A stretch of DNA of 64,000 nt from Candidatus Cloacimonadales bacterium. GTDB lineage: Bacteria; Cloacimonadota; Cloacimonadia; Cloacimonadales; JAFGVF01. The first letter of the stretch is position 1. Each line of letters begins with the position of its first letter. The stretch covers positions 128,001 through 192,000 of the forward strand of contig CAXXJV010000001.1 of NCBI GenBank assembly GCA_963663475.2, given 5' to 3'. The notes below the pieces were generated by a model. It was given only the letters and a program-made list of their open reading frames with translations. It searched no databases and was not told where the DNA came from. Position numbers and translations under genes: made by a program. Shown in pieces: positions 45,275 to 54,442 of the stretch.

Positions 45275-45381
45275 ACTGGGAAGGCGGGCATCCTTGCCCG
45301 CTTCCAGCAAGTAAGTGCTGGAATTCTTCTTACACACCCACTAAAGTGCGTGTTGCGGGCAGGGATGCCCGCATTCCCAGT
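45275..45381. repeat. REPIN-like doublet of ACTGGGA-REPs
   Basis: Inverted REP pair enclosing two hairpins; homologous units at 59914-60175. Confidence 0.7.
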
Positions 45382-45721
45382 TAGGCCCGCATTCCCAGTT
45401 AGAATCTTCTTTCCCTTTTGTGTTTTCGTGCCTTTGTGGTGAATCACTTATTATTATCGGTGTTTTCGGTGGCTTATTCTTCCTTATTAAAACTCTGTGA
45501 AACTCCTCTTTACCTCTATGAACTCTGTGTTAAAGAGCTTTTCTTATTCGTGAAATTCGTTCTAATTCGCGTTAATTCGTGTAAAGAATCTCCCCGTCTC
45601 CCCGTCTCTCTATCTCCCCGTCTTTGAGCCGAAAGGCGAAAACCTTTCTCCCCATCTCCCCAAAGGATATTTAGAAAATAATTTGACAATAAGTCAACTA
45701 GTTTAAACTTGTCTCCTAATA

Positions 45722-45788
45722 GGTAGATTGATTTGTCTTTTTTGCAACTGCCAACCTCCTAATTAGGGGGTGAAACAAAGTGCTAATT
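45722..45788 (+). promoter_or_regulatory. SAM-II-like riboswitch
   Basis: GGTAG-A-TTGATTTG...TTGCAA-CTGCC...AAACAA...GCTAA directly upstream of metK. Confidence 0.65.
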
Positions 45789-45855
45789 AAGTTTGAAAAT
45801 TAGTTATGCAATATCAAACCTAATCCTACCTGTAAAACAAACAAAGGAGACGCAA

Positions 45856-46815
45856 ATGTTAAGAACTGCGGAATTTGTAAGTCCAGGACATCCGGACAAA
45901 TTATGTGACAGAATTGCTGATAGCATTCTGGATGTTTGTTTATCACAGGATGAAAATACTCGTGCTGCCATCGAAGTTATGGGTGGCCACAAATTAATAA
46001 GTGTTACAGGAGAAATTACTACTACAGCATTTGTTAATGTTCAAGAAACTGTTAGGAAAATTACGGGTGAAAACTGTGGAGTACAAGTAAATATTGTTCG
46101 CCAATCACCTGAAATAGCTAATGGTGTTAATAGTGGTGGAGCTGGCGATCAGGGCATTATGATTGGTTATGCCTGTAATGAAAATGAAGAAATGATCCCT
46201 CAGGAAGCCTACCTAGCTCGTTCACTCAACAGATATTTATACAAGAATCATCCTTATGATGGTAAGACTCAGGTAACCCTTAAGGACAATGAAATTGTAG
46301 CCTTAGTAGCTAGTTTCCAGTTATCAAAGACTTCTGACTTACAGTCTGAAATCAAAGACTGGGCTAAAGAGATGAACTTAGATATCTCAAATGCTAAGAT
46401 TCATGTAAATCCAGCTGGTGAATGGAATGTTGGTGGTTTTGATGCTGATACTGGTGTAACAGGTAGAAAACTTGCTGTTGATAATTACGGACCTCGTATC
46501 CCTATTGGTGGAGGAGCTTTCTCAGGTAAGGACTCTACTAAAGTTGACCGTTCTGCTGCCTATATGGCCCGTAGAATTGCTGTGGATTATCTTAGAAAAG
46601 AAAATGCCAAAGAAGTTTTTGTTGAACTAGCATATGCCATTGGTGTTGCTGAACCTGTTCAAGCTACTGCTATTATTGATGGTGTTGAAAAACAAGTTGA
46701 AGGCTATGATTTGACCCCTAAAGGAATTATTAAAGCTTTAGGTTTAACTAAACCTATCTTCGGCGTTACTGCTGAGTGGGGACACTTCGGTAATGGTTAC
46801 AACTGGGATAAATAA
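45856..46815 (+). CDS. metK: S-adenosylmethionine synthetase
   Basis: GHPDKLCDRIAD, GAGDQG, GRKLAVDNYG and GGGAFSGKDSTKVDRS; AAGGAG RBS. Confidence 0.95.
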   Translation: MLRTAEFVSPGHPDKLCDRIADSILDVCLSQDENTRAAIEVMGGHKLISVTGEITTTAFVNVQETVRKITGENCGVQVNIVRQSPEIANGVNSGGAGDQGIMIGYACNENEEMIPQEAYLARSLNRYLYKNHPYDGKTQVTLKDNEIVALVASFQLSKTSDLQSEIKDWAKEMNLDISNAKIHVNPAGEWNVGGFDADTGVTGRKLAVDNYGPRIPIGGGAFSGKDSTKVDRSAAYMARRIAVDYLRKENAKEVFVELAYAIGVAEPVQATAIIDGVEKQVEGYDLTPKGIIKALGLTKPIFGVTAEWGHFGNGYNWDK

Positions 46816-46900
46816 TATTTAACCTGGAAAACTTTATATTTACTCTCCCCGCCTTACGGCACCCCTCTCATACCGCTCTTACGAGCTGAAAGGGGAATAT

Positions 46901-46926
46901 AGGCAGATTCAACTCTGCCTTTTTTT
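46901..46926 (+). terminator. Terminator after metK
   Basis: AGGCAGA-TTCAAC-TCTGCCT plus a T tract. Confidence 0.7.
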
Positions 46927-47378
46927 ATTTCTCTCCGTCTCTCCGTCTCCCTGTCTCTCCGTCATTGAGCCGAAAGGCGAAAACCTTCTTATTCGTGTTA
47001 ATTTGTGTAAAGAATCTTCCTTCTTAAAACTCTGTGTAACTCTGTGGCAACCTCTGTGAACTCTGTGTTAAGGATAATTCTCCTTCGTGAAATCCCTGGA
47101 TAGACTTCTATGTCATACTGTTTTGTTTCTTGTAGGCAGTTTTAAAACTGCCTACTGCGAGCAAGGATGCTCGCGTTCCCAGTTAGTTGTAAAGAATCTT
47201 TCTTCTTAAAACTCTGTGGACTCTGTGGCTACCTTTGTGAACTCTGTGTTAAGGTTCTTAAAAAATCCGTGAAATTCGTGAAATCCGTGTGTAGATGGAA
47301 GTTTAAACTGGTACACAAATGGCAGTTTAATCTGGTACAGTTTTCAGGAGTAAAAAAGTAAAAATTCCTGGAGACAAT

Positions 47379-48860
47379 ATGAAAGGAGCCAAAGTGTATC
47401 ATGCAATCAAGTCGTTAAGCAAAGCAGGTAATAGTGTAAGAGATATAGCCAAGCAGTTAAAAGTATCTAAAACAACTGTTTTACGCTATTTAAATGTACC
47501 TGATAATGAAGTAGAAGAGCTTTTAACAAAAGTTAAAAGACCGAGTGTTTTAGAAGTTCACAGAGAAGCAATAACTCAGAAAATATCATCAAATCCAAAG
47601 ATGAGACTAAGCAAATTATACAAAATATTTAAGAGAGATTATGAAGATTTACAGATAAGTCAAAGAGGTTTTTTTAATTTTTCTAAAAGAATTAAAGAGA
47701 GCTTAGAACTACCAACAAAAAGATATTACAAAGTCGTAAGTTATAAGCCAGGGATTCAGATGCAAGTAGATCCTGGAGAATGTTATATTAAACTATCAAA
47801 TAAAGAGCGGAAAAAGATATATTTTTGCGTGTTTAAATATTGCTATTCAAGAATGACTTTTGTGCATTTCCAGTTTAAGCCATATAATACAGATGATTTT
47901 ATTAGTGCTCATAAAGAATGTTTTGAATATTACGGATATATACCAGAGACAATGATTTATGATCAAACAAAACTAGTAGTAATCAAAGAAATATATAGAG
48001 AGGTTACTTATAATAGTAAGTTTTTCCAATTTATGAACAATCTATCAATAAATCCATATTCTTGTGAGGGTTATGATCCTGAGAGTAAGGGATTAGTTGA
48101 AAGAGCAGTTAGAGAAGTAAAAGAAGATTTTCTTTATGGTGAAGTTTTTAGTGGTTTGTCAGAAGTAAGAGTTAGAGCAAAAGATTGGTTTGAAGAGGTT
48201 AATAATCGAATTCACAGTTCCTTAAATGAAACTCCACGCAATATGTTTAAAGAAGAAGAGAAGATCCTTAGATCCTATAATTTATATATCGAAGAACTTA
48301 GAAAAGTAGATAAAACAGGATTAATATCCTGGAAAAGAAATAAATATTCTGTACCTTATCTCTATCAGCAAAAGAGTGTATATGTAAGAGAGAATGGAAC
48401 TTCTTTGGAAATATTAGATACTAAGAGTAGAAAAAAAGTTGCTTCTCACAGATTATCACATGAAAAAAGAAGACCTATTATATCTCAATGTCATTATATC
48501 GATTATTCTCAAACAATTGAGAAATTAAAAGAAGAAATTAAGGCATTATTCCCCAATAAGATTAATATCTCCATTTTGCTAGATTCTCTTATTTCAAACA
48601 ACAGCAAAAATCCAAGAGAGCAACTTTTAGCATTACTTAAATTTATTAATAATAATAAACATCTTAATTGGTCAATAATAATTTCCAAAGTTCTTAAATT
48701 AGAAGATATAAGAGCAACTAAAATTGAAAGTATAGTTAATGAAGAAAACAAAAAATACAAATTGCTAAACATCAAAAAGGCTAATTCATACAATCAAGAA
48801 AACACTAAAAAATCTTTAATTCAAAGAGATTTATCAATATATGATAGGATAATAAAATGA
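47379..48860 (+). CDS. istA: IS21 transposase
   Basis: HTH, PGIQMQVD, YDQTK and PESKGLVE. Confidence 0.95.
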   Translation: MKGAKVYHAIKSLSKAGNSVRDIAKQLKVSKTTVLRYLNVPDNEVEELLTKVKRPSVLEVHREAITQKISSNPKMRLSKLYKIFKRDYEDLQISQRGFFNFSKRIKESLELPTKRYYKVVSYKPGIQMQVDPGECYIKLSNKERKKIYFCVFKYCYSRMTFVHFQFKPYNTDDFISAHKECFEYYGYIPETMIYDQTKLVVIKEIYREVTYNSKFFQFMNNLSINPYSCEGYDPESKGLVERAVREVKEDFLYGEVFSGLSEVRVRAKDWFEEVNNRIHSSLNETPRNMFKEEEKILRSYNLYIEELRKVDKTGLISWKRNKYSVPYLYQQKSVYVRENGTSLEILDTKSRKKVASHRLSHEKRRPIISQCHYIDYSQTIEKLKEEIKALFPNKINISILLDSLISNNSKNPREQLLALLKFINNNKHLNWSIIISKVLKLEDIRATKIESIVNEENKKYKLLNIKKANSYNQENTKKSLIQRDLSIYDRIIK

Positions 48861-49585
48861 TAGAAAATTTAAGGAAAAATTTATTAAGAATTAGATGCAG
48901 ACATACAATTAATAATTTAGAATCATATTTAAAATATGCACAAGATAAAGAATTATCATATCTTAGTTTTTTATCTTATGTTATTGAAAATGAATGCAAT
49001 AGCAGAAATCAGACATTGATATCTTTGCAATTAAGAAGGGCAAATTTCCCAATATTAAAGAATTTTGATGAGTTCGATTTTAAATATCAGCATTCAGTAA
49101 CTAAAAGAATGATAACAGAGTGGAAGGAGTTTAATTGGATCGATAACAGAGAAAACAAAATATTAATGGGACCTCCAGGGGTTGGTAAGACGCATATATC
49201 TATTGCCTTGGGATATGAAGCTATTTTGAAAGGATACAAGGTAATATTTTACAATATGAATGAATTAATCGATGAAATGATTATAGCCAATAATGAAAAT
49301 GATTTTAAAAAGTGGATATCTAAATTAGTAAAAAATGATTTAATCATTATTGATGAAATAGGATATTTACCTATTAAGGCAGTTAATGCAAGTTTATTCT
49401 TTAAGCTTGTTAATGAACTTTATGAATTCAGATCAGTCATAATAACCTCAAACAGACTTTTTCAAGAATGGGGAGAATCTTTTGGAGATAATGTTATCAC
49501 TACAGCAATAGTCGACAGATTAGTCCATCATGCTGAAACTATCCTGATCGATGGAAATAGCTATCGAATGAAAGGAAAAATGTAG
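48857..49585 (+). CDS. istB: IS21 helper ATPase
   Basis: GPPGVGKTH, IIDEIGY, DRLVHHA and GNSYRMK. Confidence 0.95.
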   Translation: MIENLRKNLLRIRCRHTINNLESYLKYAQDKELSYLSFLSYVIENECNSRNQTLISLQLRRANFPILKNFDEFDFKYQHSVTKRMITEWKEFNWIDNRENKILMGPPGVGKTHISIALGYEAILKGYKVIFYNMNELIDEMIIANNENDFKKWISKLVKNDLIIIDEIGYLPIKAVNASLFFKLVNELYEFRSVIITSNRLFQEWGESFGDNVITTAIVDRLVHHAETILIDGNSYRMKGKM

Positions 49586-49894
49586 AAAAAAATTGTTTAC
49601 AACAGTGTACCAGTTATGACTTCCAAAAGTGTACCAGTTTAAACTTCCATTGACACCGTGGATAGACTTCTTTTGTAGGCAGTTTTAAAACTGCCTACTG
49701 CGAGCAAGGATGCTCGCGTTCCCAGTTAGTTGTAAAGAATCTTTCTTCTTAAAACTCTGTGGACTCTGTGGTAAGAATCTTCTATCTTCTCTTTTTTTTT
49801 GCTTTTAGCAAAAATAATTCGTGAAATTCGTCTTAATTCGTGTTAATTTGTGTAAAGAATCTCCCCGTCTATGAGCCGAAAGGCGAAAACCTTC

Positions 49895-51451
49895 TTATTC
49901 TTGTTTAGCAAGCTCTCTTTCTTTTTCGTCCTCTTTAGCACTTTCTAGTTTAGCAAAGTATTGATTCTTACTCGTAGCAATTTTCCCTTTCAAGTCTGAA
50001 ACTTGTTTAAGGTATCTATTTTTTCTTTCCCCTTCAAGTTTATTAGCAGCAACCATTTTTAGGTTAGTTTTAGGATTAACCCAACGTCCGTTAAGTTTCA
50101 CTCCGAAATGAAGATGAGGCCCTGTTGATCTTCCAGTTGACCCTACACTTCCGATAATCTGTCCTTTAGAAACGTAACGACCTTTGCGAGTATTAATTTT
50201 GTGAAGGTGGGCATATTGGGTAATCATACCATTGTCATGTCTTATTCTAACATCATTTCCGTAGCCATCACCAGTATTGCTAGCTTTGATAACATAGCCT
50301 GATGTTACAGCATAGACTGGTGTTCCTGTTGAGCCACGCAAGTCCATACCTTGGTGTTTTATCCTTCTACCTAAAATTGGATGAATTCTATAACCATAAG
50401 GAGAAGTAATATGCATAAGGTTCAAAGGTGTTCTAATATTTCCTTGTACTAGACCTTTTCCAGATTCTGTGTACATACCATTAAAAGCAGAAGCATCATT
50501 ATCATCAACAAAGCGATAAGCCGATTTTGAACCAGTTCTTTTACCTGAGTATTCAACATAAAGAACTTTCCCTTGAGGTTGGCTTTCCCCATTAACGACC
50601 TTTTCCTGAACATACAATTCAAAAGTATCACCTACCCTTGCATCAGAACTCAGAGATAACTGGGATTCAATGGCATCATTAGCCTGCTGTCTTACAAAAG
50701 AAGTTAATCCTAAGGCTGCCATTGCCCTATCCATTGAATTATTTTCTTTGGTCACCTGGCCAGTATAGTAAGACTCAACTATCTCATAAGGATAAGTAAT
50801 TAACTTATATTCTAAGTCTCTTTCCCCCTTGATATAGAATTCATGCAGGGAAATTTTATCATTTTTATAAGAGAATTTGTTAAACTTTTTTACCTTAAGG
50901 GAATCTAAGTAGTAATCAACAAAAAGGGTATCTCCAACATCAATACTTGTAGCATCGATATATTCACCTAATTTCCAAGCATAATAACCTATATGCTGGG
51001 CTTCCATACCTAAATCAGTTAATACTTGATAGACAGATCCTCCCTTGAGAATAGGTTTTCTTACTTCCACTAAATAACTTATTGAGTCTTGCTCACACTT
51101 CTTGATATCATATTTAGCATTGAATAAATCTACTTTAGCTTCCTTGATTTCTCTAGTATCTAGACTAGCCTTAAACAAGATATTACTCTCTGTTTCTGTT
51201 GCTTTTTCCCCAATCTTAGACCCAATGATATCTAGAATATCACCAGTATTGATAAAGTTTCTGGCAGTTATCTCAGCAAAAAGATCTGCATTCTTACTAA
51301 TAGTAAACTTATCTATCAACTCATTAGTCTGACGTACTATTTTTACCTTTTTACCATCAACAACCTTATATTCAGGTCCACTCTTACACATGCATCCTGA
51401 CATTATTACCAGTAAATATATTATTAATAAATAAATGATTGATTTTTTCAT
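49895..51451 (-). CDS. M23 family (MepM-like) peptidoglycan endopeptidase, putative lipoprotein
   Basis: HQGMD, YAHL and GRSTGPHLHF; N-terminal signal ending SGC. Confidence 0.9.
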   Translation of the reverse strand: MKKSIIYLLIIYLLVIMSGCMCKSGPEYKVVDGKKVKIVRQTNELIDKFTISKNADLFAEITARNFINTGDILDIIGSKIGEKATETESNILFKASLDTREIKEAKVDLFNAKYDIKKCEQDSISYLVEVRKPILKGGSVYQVLTDLGMEAQHIGYYAWKLGEYIDATSIDVGDTLFVDYYLDSLKVKKFNKFSYKNDKISLHEFYIKGERDLEYKLITYPYEIVESYYTGQVTKENNSMDRAMAALGLTSFVRQQANDAIESQLSLSSDARVGDTFELYVQEKVVNGESQPQGKVLYVEYSGKRTGSKSAYRFVDDNDASAFNGMYTESGKGLVQGNIRTPLNLMHITSPYGYRIHPILGRRIKHQGMDLRGSTGTPVYAVTSGYVIKASNTGDGYGNDVRIRHDNGMITQYAHLHKINTRKGRYVSKGQIIGSVGSTGRSTGPHLHFGVKLNGRWVNPKTNLKMVAANKLEGERKNRYLKQVSDLKGKIATSKNQYFAKLESAKEDEKERELAKQE

Positions 51452-51575
51452 ATATACTCCTATCGCGACAAATAATATTTTCTATTTTTTTGGCAATATT
51501 TTTTTTACCACATCCTTAACTTAAACTCAGATAGTATAGTAAAAATAGTATAGTAAAACTTTTATCCCAGATAGA

Positions 51576-51760
51576 GTAGTAGAGCTTTAGTAATACTTCG
51601 TTAAAGCTAAGTATCACAGGTGAAGAGTGCAGATTATTCTAGCAAAATAGCTTACAGAATTTTGACGCATATATTTTATATATTCGGAGAAATTATGGAT
51701 CTTGCTTTTGCAGAAGAATATTCTGCTGTTCACAAAGGTCGACTGCATTATTGGGTTAAA
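51576..51760. repeat. Non-coding element, copy 2 (paralogous to 12256-12436)
   Basis: Colinear similarity to copy 1. Confidence 0.75.
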
Positions 51761-51832
51761 ATTGTTTTCTAAAATCTTGACAGTTATAATCACCTCTATA
51801 ATTTTAACTTTATTAATATAGGAGATTAATTA

Positions 51833-52663
51833 GTGAATCAAAAAAATCTTATAAAAGCCATATTGAGAGCTCGTTATAAAAAGAAGATAGAATCTTTCAA
51901 GGCTAAAATAAATATTGAAATAAATAAAAAAAACTATATCATTAAAACTGCATCAAATCAAGATGAGTTAGAGCAGGTTCTTACCTTAAGACATCAAGTT
52001 TTCTTAGAAGAACTACTCCATAAAAAAAGACTTATTGAAGTAGATTTTGACAAATTTGATATCTTATGCGACCATTTAATGATCATTAATAAAAGCGATG
52101 ATTCACTTATTGGTACCTACCGACTTAACTGCTCTAAATTCTCCAATGATTTCTACTCTGCTACTGAATTCAATATTACTGCTATTCTTGAACTCCCAGG
52201 CGATAAAGTTGAACTTGGAAGAGCCTGTGTCCACCCTGATTACCGTAATGGCATGACTATTGCCCTCCTCTGGAAAGGTCTTTCAGAATACATGACTGTC
52301 TCTGAAAGTAGATTTTTCTTCGGTTGTTCTAGTATCAAATCTCTCGATTATAGGCATATCTTAAACATTTATAATGCACTAGTAAACTCTGGTTCTCTTA
52401 TCCATTTACCTGATGTTAAACCCATAGGGAAATTTAAATCCAAAAGTTTGAAAAAATTAGTTAAAAGTCAAGACCCTGATTATAAAGAACAAGAGATAGA
52501 CATCATGAATCAACTCCCTCCCCTCTTAAAAAGCTACATTAAAGCTGGAGCTAAAGTAATCGGTCAACCTGCCCTTGATAAAGATTTCCAATGCTTTGAT
52601 TTCTTAACCCTCTTAGATTTCCAAAATGCTGATAAAAAGTATAAGGACAAATATACCAAATGA
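51833..52663 (+). CDS. GNAT N-acyltransferase, OlsB-like
   Basis: LRHQVF, DFDKFD..CDHL, GTYRL, ELGRACVHPDYRNG and LPPLLKSY. Confidence 0.85.
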   Translation: MNQKNLIKAILRARYKKKIESFKAKINIEINKKNYIIKTASNQDELEQVLTLRHQVFLEELLHKKRLIEVDFDKFDILCDHLMIINKSDDSLIGTYRLNCSKFSNDFYSATEFNITAILELPGDKVELGRACVHPDYRNGMTIALLWKGLSEYMTVSESRFFFGCSSIKSLDYRHILNIYNALVNSGSLIHLPDVKPIGKFKSKSLKKLVKSQDPDYKEQEIDIMNQLPPLLKSYIKAGAKVIGQPALDKDFQCFDFLTLLDFQNADKKYKDKYTK

Positions 52664-53439
52664 TTATCCTAAAATTAATTCTTACTATCTGGTATTTTAC
52701 TTGCTTCTTTGCTAAAGGAGGCTGCATCATGCTTTTTGTAAGAAATAAAGTCAAAAGACATCACTTAAATGCCCTCAATACTGCTAATGCCTGTAAAAAA
52801 ATGATTAAGCTCCTTGATATAAAAATCAACCTAACCAATCCAGACAAATGGGATCTGCTAAAAGAGAATAATTACCTAGTCCTTGCTAACCACGTTTCTT
52901 ACCTCGATATAGCAATCTTAACCTCAGTTCGACCTTTCCTATTTATCACCTCAAATGAAATGAAAAATACCCCCTTTTTGGGCCAATTAACCCAACTCGG
53001 AGGTAGCTTATATACTAACCGTAAACAATTCACTGGGATTATGGGGGAAATTAAAAACTTTGCTAGCTTTCTCCAAGATGGCTTCAATGTGGTCCTCTTC
53101 CCTGAAGCAACCTCTACTGATGGGAAACAACTACGACCCTTTAAGAAATCACTCCTCCAAGTTGCTATTGAAGCTCAAAAACCTATCCTTCCTATCTGTA
53201 TCAAATATCTATCTAGCGCTGGCCAACCTATTAGTGATAAAAATCGAGACGATTTCTACTGGTATGGAGATATGGCCTTTCTACCTCACTTTATGAGACT
53301 TATAAAAACAAGAAAAACTAGCATTGAAATTACTATTCTTGATGAAATTCAAGTAAGCCAAGATAGCAATAGAAAAGAACTTAGTGATAAAGCTTTTAAA
53401 CAAATAAGCGATAAATATTACTCATATAAACATCTATAA
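52660..53439 (+). CDS. Lysophospholipid acyltransferase, OlsA/PlsC-like
   Basis: NHVSYLD and FPEATS. Confidence 0.85.
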   Translation: MIILKLILTIWYFTCFFAKGGCIMLFVRNKVKRHHLNALNTANACKKMIKLLDIKINLTNPDKWDLLKENNYLVLANHVSYLDIAILTSVRPFLFITSNEMKNTPFLGQLTQLGGSLYTNRKQFTGIMGEIKNFASFLQDGFNVVLFPEATSTDGKQLRPFKKSLLQVAIEAQKPILPICIKYLSSAGQPISDKNRDDFYWYGDMAFLPHFMRLIKTRKTSIEITILDEIQVSQDSNRKELSDKAFKQISDKYYSYKHL

Positions 53440-53472
53440 ATATTAAGCAGGAAGACAGGCTTCTTCCTAAGT

Positions 53473-53553
53473 GTGAAGGCGGGTAGCTTGCCAGATCTTA
53501 ATTCCTTTCCCGTCTAGGTGTGGCTAGGTATTCCCGAGTCGGGCTGCCTTCAC
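53473..53553. ncRNA. Unassigned structured RNA/DNA element upstream of ispF
   Basis: Closing stem GTGAAGGCGG/CTGCCTTCAC with two internal stems. Confidence 0.45.
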
Positions 53554-53578
53554 TGCAACAAAAGAAAGGAGAAAAATA

Positions 53579-54052
53579 ATGAGAATAGGAATGGGCTACG
53601 ATGTTCATCAACTTGGAACAGACAGAAAATTAATATTAGGTGGAGTAGAAATACCTTATGATCAAGGATTAATTGGTCATTCCGATGCAGATGTCCTCCT
53701 ACACGCCATAACTGATGCTTTAATCGGTGCCTTAGCCTTAGGTGATATTGGTAAACTTTTCCCTGATACTGACCAACAATACTCAAATATAGATTCCCGA
53801 ATCCTCCTCAGGACAACTTGGCAAATTATCAAAGATAAAGGCTATCTTATCGGAAATATAGATTCTACTATCTGTGCCCAAAAACCCAAACTCCAAGCTT
53901 ATATCAACCAAATGAGATGTAATATTGCCCAAGATTTAGAGTGTGAACTTGACAGAGTCTCTGTAAAAGCAACTACTGAAGAAAAAATGGGTATTAGTGG
54001 TTCAGAAAAAGGTATGACTGCTTATGCTGTGGTCTTGTTAGAAAAAGTATAG
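53579..54052 (+). CDS. ispF: 2-C-methyl-D-erythritol 2,4-cyclodiphosphate synthase
   Basis: RIGMGYDVH, HSDADVLLHA..DA and VKATTEE. Confidence 0.97.
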   Translation: MRIGMGYDVHQLGTDRKLILGGVEIPYDQGLIGHSDADVLLHAITDALIGALALGDIGKLFPDTDQQYSNIDSRILLRTTWQIIKDKGYLIGNIDSTICAQKPKLQAYINQMRCNIAQDLECELDRVSVKATTEEKMGISGSEKGMTAYAVVLLEKV

Positions 54053-54131
54053 CTGGAAGGTCTGTCACTGGGAAGGTCTGTCACTGGGAACGCTGACATC
54101 CTTGTCGGCATCTTCATTCATTTTTCATTTT

Positions 54132-54321
54132 GTTGGAGACCAGACTTCCTCAGCCCTAGGCAATGGACTTTGGGTGAAGAAACTTGTTGGAAGTCGCTAC
54201 TCCGTAAGCAACTGGCGTCATAAATGGTTGGAGACCAGACTTCCTCAGCCGTAGGCAAGGGACTTCGGGCGAAAGAAAGAAAAGTTGTCGGAAGTCGCTA
54301 CTCCGTGAGCAACTCCCGTCA
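54132..54321. repeat. Two tandem ~95-bp hairpin repeats
   Basis: GGAGACCAGACTTCC...GGAAGTCGCTACTCC twice. Confidence 0.8.
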
Positions 54322-54322
54322 C

Positions 54323-54395
54323 TTTTCATTTTTCATTTTTCATTTTTCATTTTTCATTTTTCATTTTTCATTTTTCATTTTTCATTTTTCATTTT
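54323..54395. repeat. (TTTTCAT)x10 heptamer tandem repeat
   Basis: Counted directly; similar tract at 60189-60243. Confidence 0.9.
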
Positions 54396-54427
54396 AAAAA
54401 GCCCCCGCTTATTAGCGAGGGCTTTTT
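54396..54427 (-). terminator. Terminator of the surface-protein gene
   Basis: AAAAAGCCC...GGGCTTTTT; near-identical one at 60244-60277. Confidence 0.75.
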
Positions 54428-54442
54428 GATTATATTAATCCT

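Larger units (their letters stand above)
47290..49655 (+). mobile_element. IS21-family insertion sequence (2366 bp)
   Basis: TG...CA ends; IRs with doubled GTTTAAWCTGGTACA-like motifs; CCGTG target duplication; istA-istB. Confidence 0.95.

Noticed and set aside
45235-45627. Short ORFs at 45235-45447 and 45418-45627 (also 47167-47361 and 59896-60282)
   Set aside because: They are translations of repeat mosaics
53449-53553. tRNA-Sec or another tRNA
   Set aside because: No TTCRA T-loop, no cloverleaf and no CCA end
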